Of a stretch of 64,000 bases of DNA, positions 60,947-64,000 are shown piece by piece (positions within the stretch are counted from its first letter, which is position 1; each line of letters begins with the position of its first letter). The stretch lies in the NCBI RefSeq assembly GCF_009914755.1, contig NC_060925.1; one strand, given 5' to 3'. The notes below the pieces were generated by a model. That model did not search any database, was not told where the DNA came from, and saw only the letters and a program-made list of their open reading frames with translations. The position numbers were made by a program, and so were the translations under genes. Source of the stretch: the human T2T-CHM13v2.0 reference genome, Homo sapiens.

Positions 60947-61438
60947 TGTTAAAGGAAACCACAGTTGGACAGTTAAAAAACAAACAAAGAAACAAACAAA
61001 TGAAAAAAAAAAGATTTTATTCAGGACCTATTGCAGTGGAGGGAAAGAGATCTCAGTATAGAGCTGGGCTCAATTCCCAATATAGGATGGGCAAGTGAGG
61101 GTTTATAGCTAAGAATCAGGATGTGGATCAGTGGATGGAAAATTACTAAGAAGAAATATCAGGCATTGGGGGAGATTCTGGTTATAAAGACCTATCAGGT
61201 TTCTTGCCGAACTTAAATCAGGGTGATCAGATATCACGTGGGGAAATGTGGGGTTGTGGAACTTCATCAGATATTTAGGGGATCATATATCAAGGATGAG
61301 AGATTCTCCCTAAACTAACTTAGCAAATTCCTTACCAAAATTAAGAAATGTAGGTATTACAATGACTGACACAAAGGTCCAGGTCTAGAGGGCTTAGAGG
61401 AACCTGACTAGAGTTAGAACAAGAAAGGTATATTGTCT
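60947..61438 (-). mobile_element. MER31-like ERV1 solo LTR
   Basis: Reverse complement begins AGACAATA...CTCTAGTCAGGTTCCTCTAAGCCCTC, matching the recalled MER31 5' end. Confidence 0.75.
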
Positions 61439-61489
61439 TATCTCTAACTCACTGATAACTATTTTTAAAAATTGTCCTCAGAAATAATT

Positions 61490-61609
61490 TTTTTAATTTT
61501 ATTATTATTATACTTTAAGTTTTAGGGTACATGTGCACAACGTGCAGGTTTGTTACATATGTATACATGTGCCATGTTGGTGTGCTGCACCGAGAACACA
61601 TGGACACAG
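61490..61609 (-). mobile_element. Tiny young L1PA 3' end with 18-nt inverted 5' piece
   Basis: atactttaagttttagggtacatgtgcacaacgtgcagg...gtgtgctgcacc then sense gagaacacatggacacag; TSD cagaaataatt at 61479-61489 and 61607-61617. Confidence 0.9.
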
Positions 61610-63067
61610 AAATAATTATTTTGAAAAAGGAAGATTAAATGCCATATTGCTGAATCATGTGTATTATTTTTAAATGTTTTTCTAAATTGTCTAAATCCGT
61701 TGAATAATTTCTTAATTTTAACAAAAGGAATCTGCAAATACCATCAAAGAAGTTTAGAATGTTCAGTTTTTAAGACTTGAACATTGTAGCCACATAATAT
61801 ATATTAAATAGTCACAAAATACCAACATTTAGATAAACTGATTTACATTGGTATAAATGTCATTTCAAGAAAGCATGACAATTTAGAATCCCTTCATTTG
61901 GTAATAATTACATTCAGAGAATTGCATTTTTAGATGTGTAGATTCCATGCCAAGTTATAATGGCTACTGTGCAATTATAAATACCGTTTCACTGCAACTT
62001 TCCAGTTACTTCTAGGAGCAAAGGTATAACTGAAGTACATATATTAACATTTCATTCATTATCCAGGTCTTGTGTATTTTACTTCTGAAAGTTAAAATAT
62101 CTGTTGGTCTAAGGATAATTTCTAGCTATAAAATCTTTGAGGTGGATTTTTACCTGAAATCTTTTTTGTAGTAGCTAATTTAAAAAACATTTTATAATGT
62201 ATACTTGAATCTTTTATACCTACTTAAATATGATTAGTGTCAATGTTTGTGTCATAGCATCTCCTCTGATAATATAACACTCTGGCTTAGACAATGAGAG
62301 CTCACCATCACATATTCAGTGTGCTCCTTTATATTTCACTTGCAGGTAGGTTGTTCCCTTGTCACCAGTTTTGGCTAAGAGACTGTGACTGGAAGGGATG
62401 GAAATGTATTACATTGCTTGCTAATTAATTTGTCCACTTATATGTGGCTCTATTAGGCAGGCATTACATAGGTTTCAGAAAATAATAACATTTTCAAAAA
62501 CTATAATCTGTTTATATTATCATGCAGCTTTATTAGACAGACATAACACATTTTAGAAAATAATTGCATAGTTTCCAAAACTATAATTTGCTCATGTTAT
62601 TAGGATAAGCTAGACTATGCTGTGTTTTTGTGATAAATTAACTTAGAAATTATAGACACACAACATAATTTAGGCTTATTTTTTTTTCCTACTCTGAAGT
62701 CAGAGGTAGCTTTATAGCTGTCCTCCCTCTGGAAGCTATTCCATCTGAAACACATGACCTTGTAGGCCCTCATAGGAAAATAAGGGAGATATGATGAGAA
62801 ACCCCTCCTAGTAATGCCCTCCGTGTGGCGATATGGATCACCTCCACCCAAAGACATGCTTGATATTTAAGGCTCTTTCCTTACTATACGAATGCCAAGT
62901 ATAAAAGCAAGTAATTATAGGAAATCTTGACAGTAAATATTTACACACACACAAAAAGGAATATCAGGGTCTTCTAGATTATTAGCTCAAAAACCAGATG
63001 GAATATGTTAAAATACCATCAGTCCAGTTTATTTGACTATGTTCTACTAGACAATAATTTAACTCTT

Positions 63068-63205
63068 TGTCTCAGTTTGTTCAGACATCTATAATTAAGT
63101 ACTATAGGCTGGATGTCTTACAAACAACAAAATTTTGTATGTCTCACAGTTCTGAAAGCTTGGAAATTTAAGATTAAGTCACTGGCAGATGTGTTGTCTG
63201 CTAAT
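63068..63205 (-). mobile_element. MLT1/MST-type LTR fragment
   Basis: tgtctcagtttgttcag...tctcacagttctgaaagcttggaaatttaagattaag. Confidence 0.65.
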
Positions 63206-63302
63206 CTGAATATTTTCAAATTAAGAGCATGGATTGGGAAGTATGAAAAGTTGTATAGAAACCTAAAGTTTTAAAAATAGATTTGAAGTTACTTTATGTA
63301 AC

Positions 63303-64000
63303 CATTTATTCATTCAGCAGCTATTTACCAAGAGTACTTTTGGCCATAGTGCTTTTATAGCTGCAGGGACTCTGTGTTGTAAAATAAACAAGATCTCTCT
63401 GCCTTCAATAAGCTTAAAGCTCAAAAGTGGGGGACACAGATAAGGATCTTAGAAACAAAATTGAAATGGAAAACATTTATTTTGTTAAGAGCATAAAGAA
63501 TTTTATGTAGGAGAGTAAAATAGAAAAATAGTAAAATAGAAAGTGACAAATACTTAGAATATGTGAGCTGTGTCTCTCTGGTAATTTGATATTTTATTAA
63601 GATCTTGGTTATGAAAAAGAAGAACAAGCTATAGGACGATTTGGGGGCACAGCATTGCAAGCAGAGGAAAGAATAAGTACAAAACCTAAGAAGGGAATGA
63701 GATTGGTTAACTGTATGTAGGAACCAAAAGAAGGCCTATGTGGCTGGGGTACAGTGATAGAGAGAATTGTAGAAGAAAATAACAGACAGAAAATTAGACA
63801 GGGGCCAGATTATGTAATATTTTATAGACCTCAATCAGAAATTCTGATCTTTCTTTAGGTAGTTTGGGAATCTATTGGAGGGTTCAGAGCAGGGAGGTGT
63901 GTGCTCTGAGTGGCTTGCTGCTGTATGGAATAAAGGACTGTAGGAGAATAAGTGTACAAGAAACTCATTTGTAAAGTTGGATAAAGATAGTACCTACTTC
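63303..64000 (-). mobile_element. L2 3' region
   Basis: attcattcagcagctatttacc...ctctgccttc...ggggccagattatg...ctattggagggttcagagcaggga. Confidence 0.75.

Noticed and set aside
62460-62605. Degenerate ~80-bp two-copy repeat (agaaaataat...aaaactataat)
   Set aside because: Only two diverged AT-rich copies with no spacer structure; not an array.

Overview
Primate (human-like) AT-rich, repeat-dominated genomic DNA with no intact protein-coding gene I can support. The main non-TE feature is a processed MATR3 (matrin-3) pseudogene at ~29.56-33.56 kb. It carries a twin-priming 5' inversion, is bounded by a target-site duplication (TSD), and appears to copy a longer splice isoform with an extra 48 aa. 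Other contents: a near full-length L1PA with TSDs (18.8-25.2 kb, -), an internally deleted older L1 (10.3-14.1 kb), two more 5'-inverted L1s, a two-LTR but multiply deleted ERV1 provirus (PBS-Pro) nested in an MST LTR (48.6-55.0 kb), ERV1 and ERVL internal fragments, many solo LTRs, ten Alus, and L2/MIR relics. Several locally templated inverted or direct copies look like DNA-repair scars. I found no convincing new biological system. Subfamily names and parent-sequence comparisons are from memory and need RepeatMasker/BLAST confirmation.
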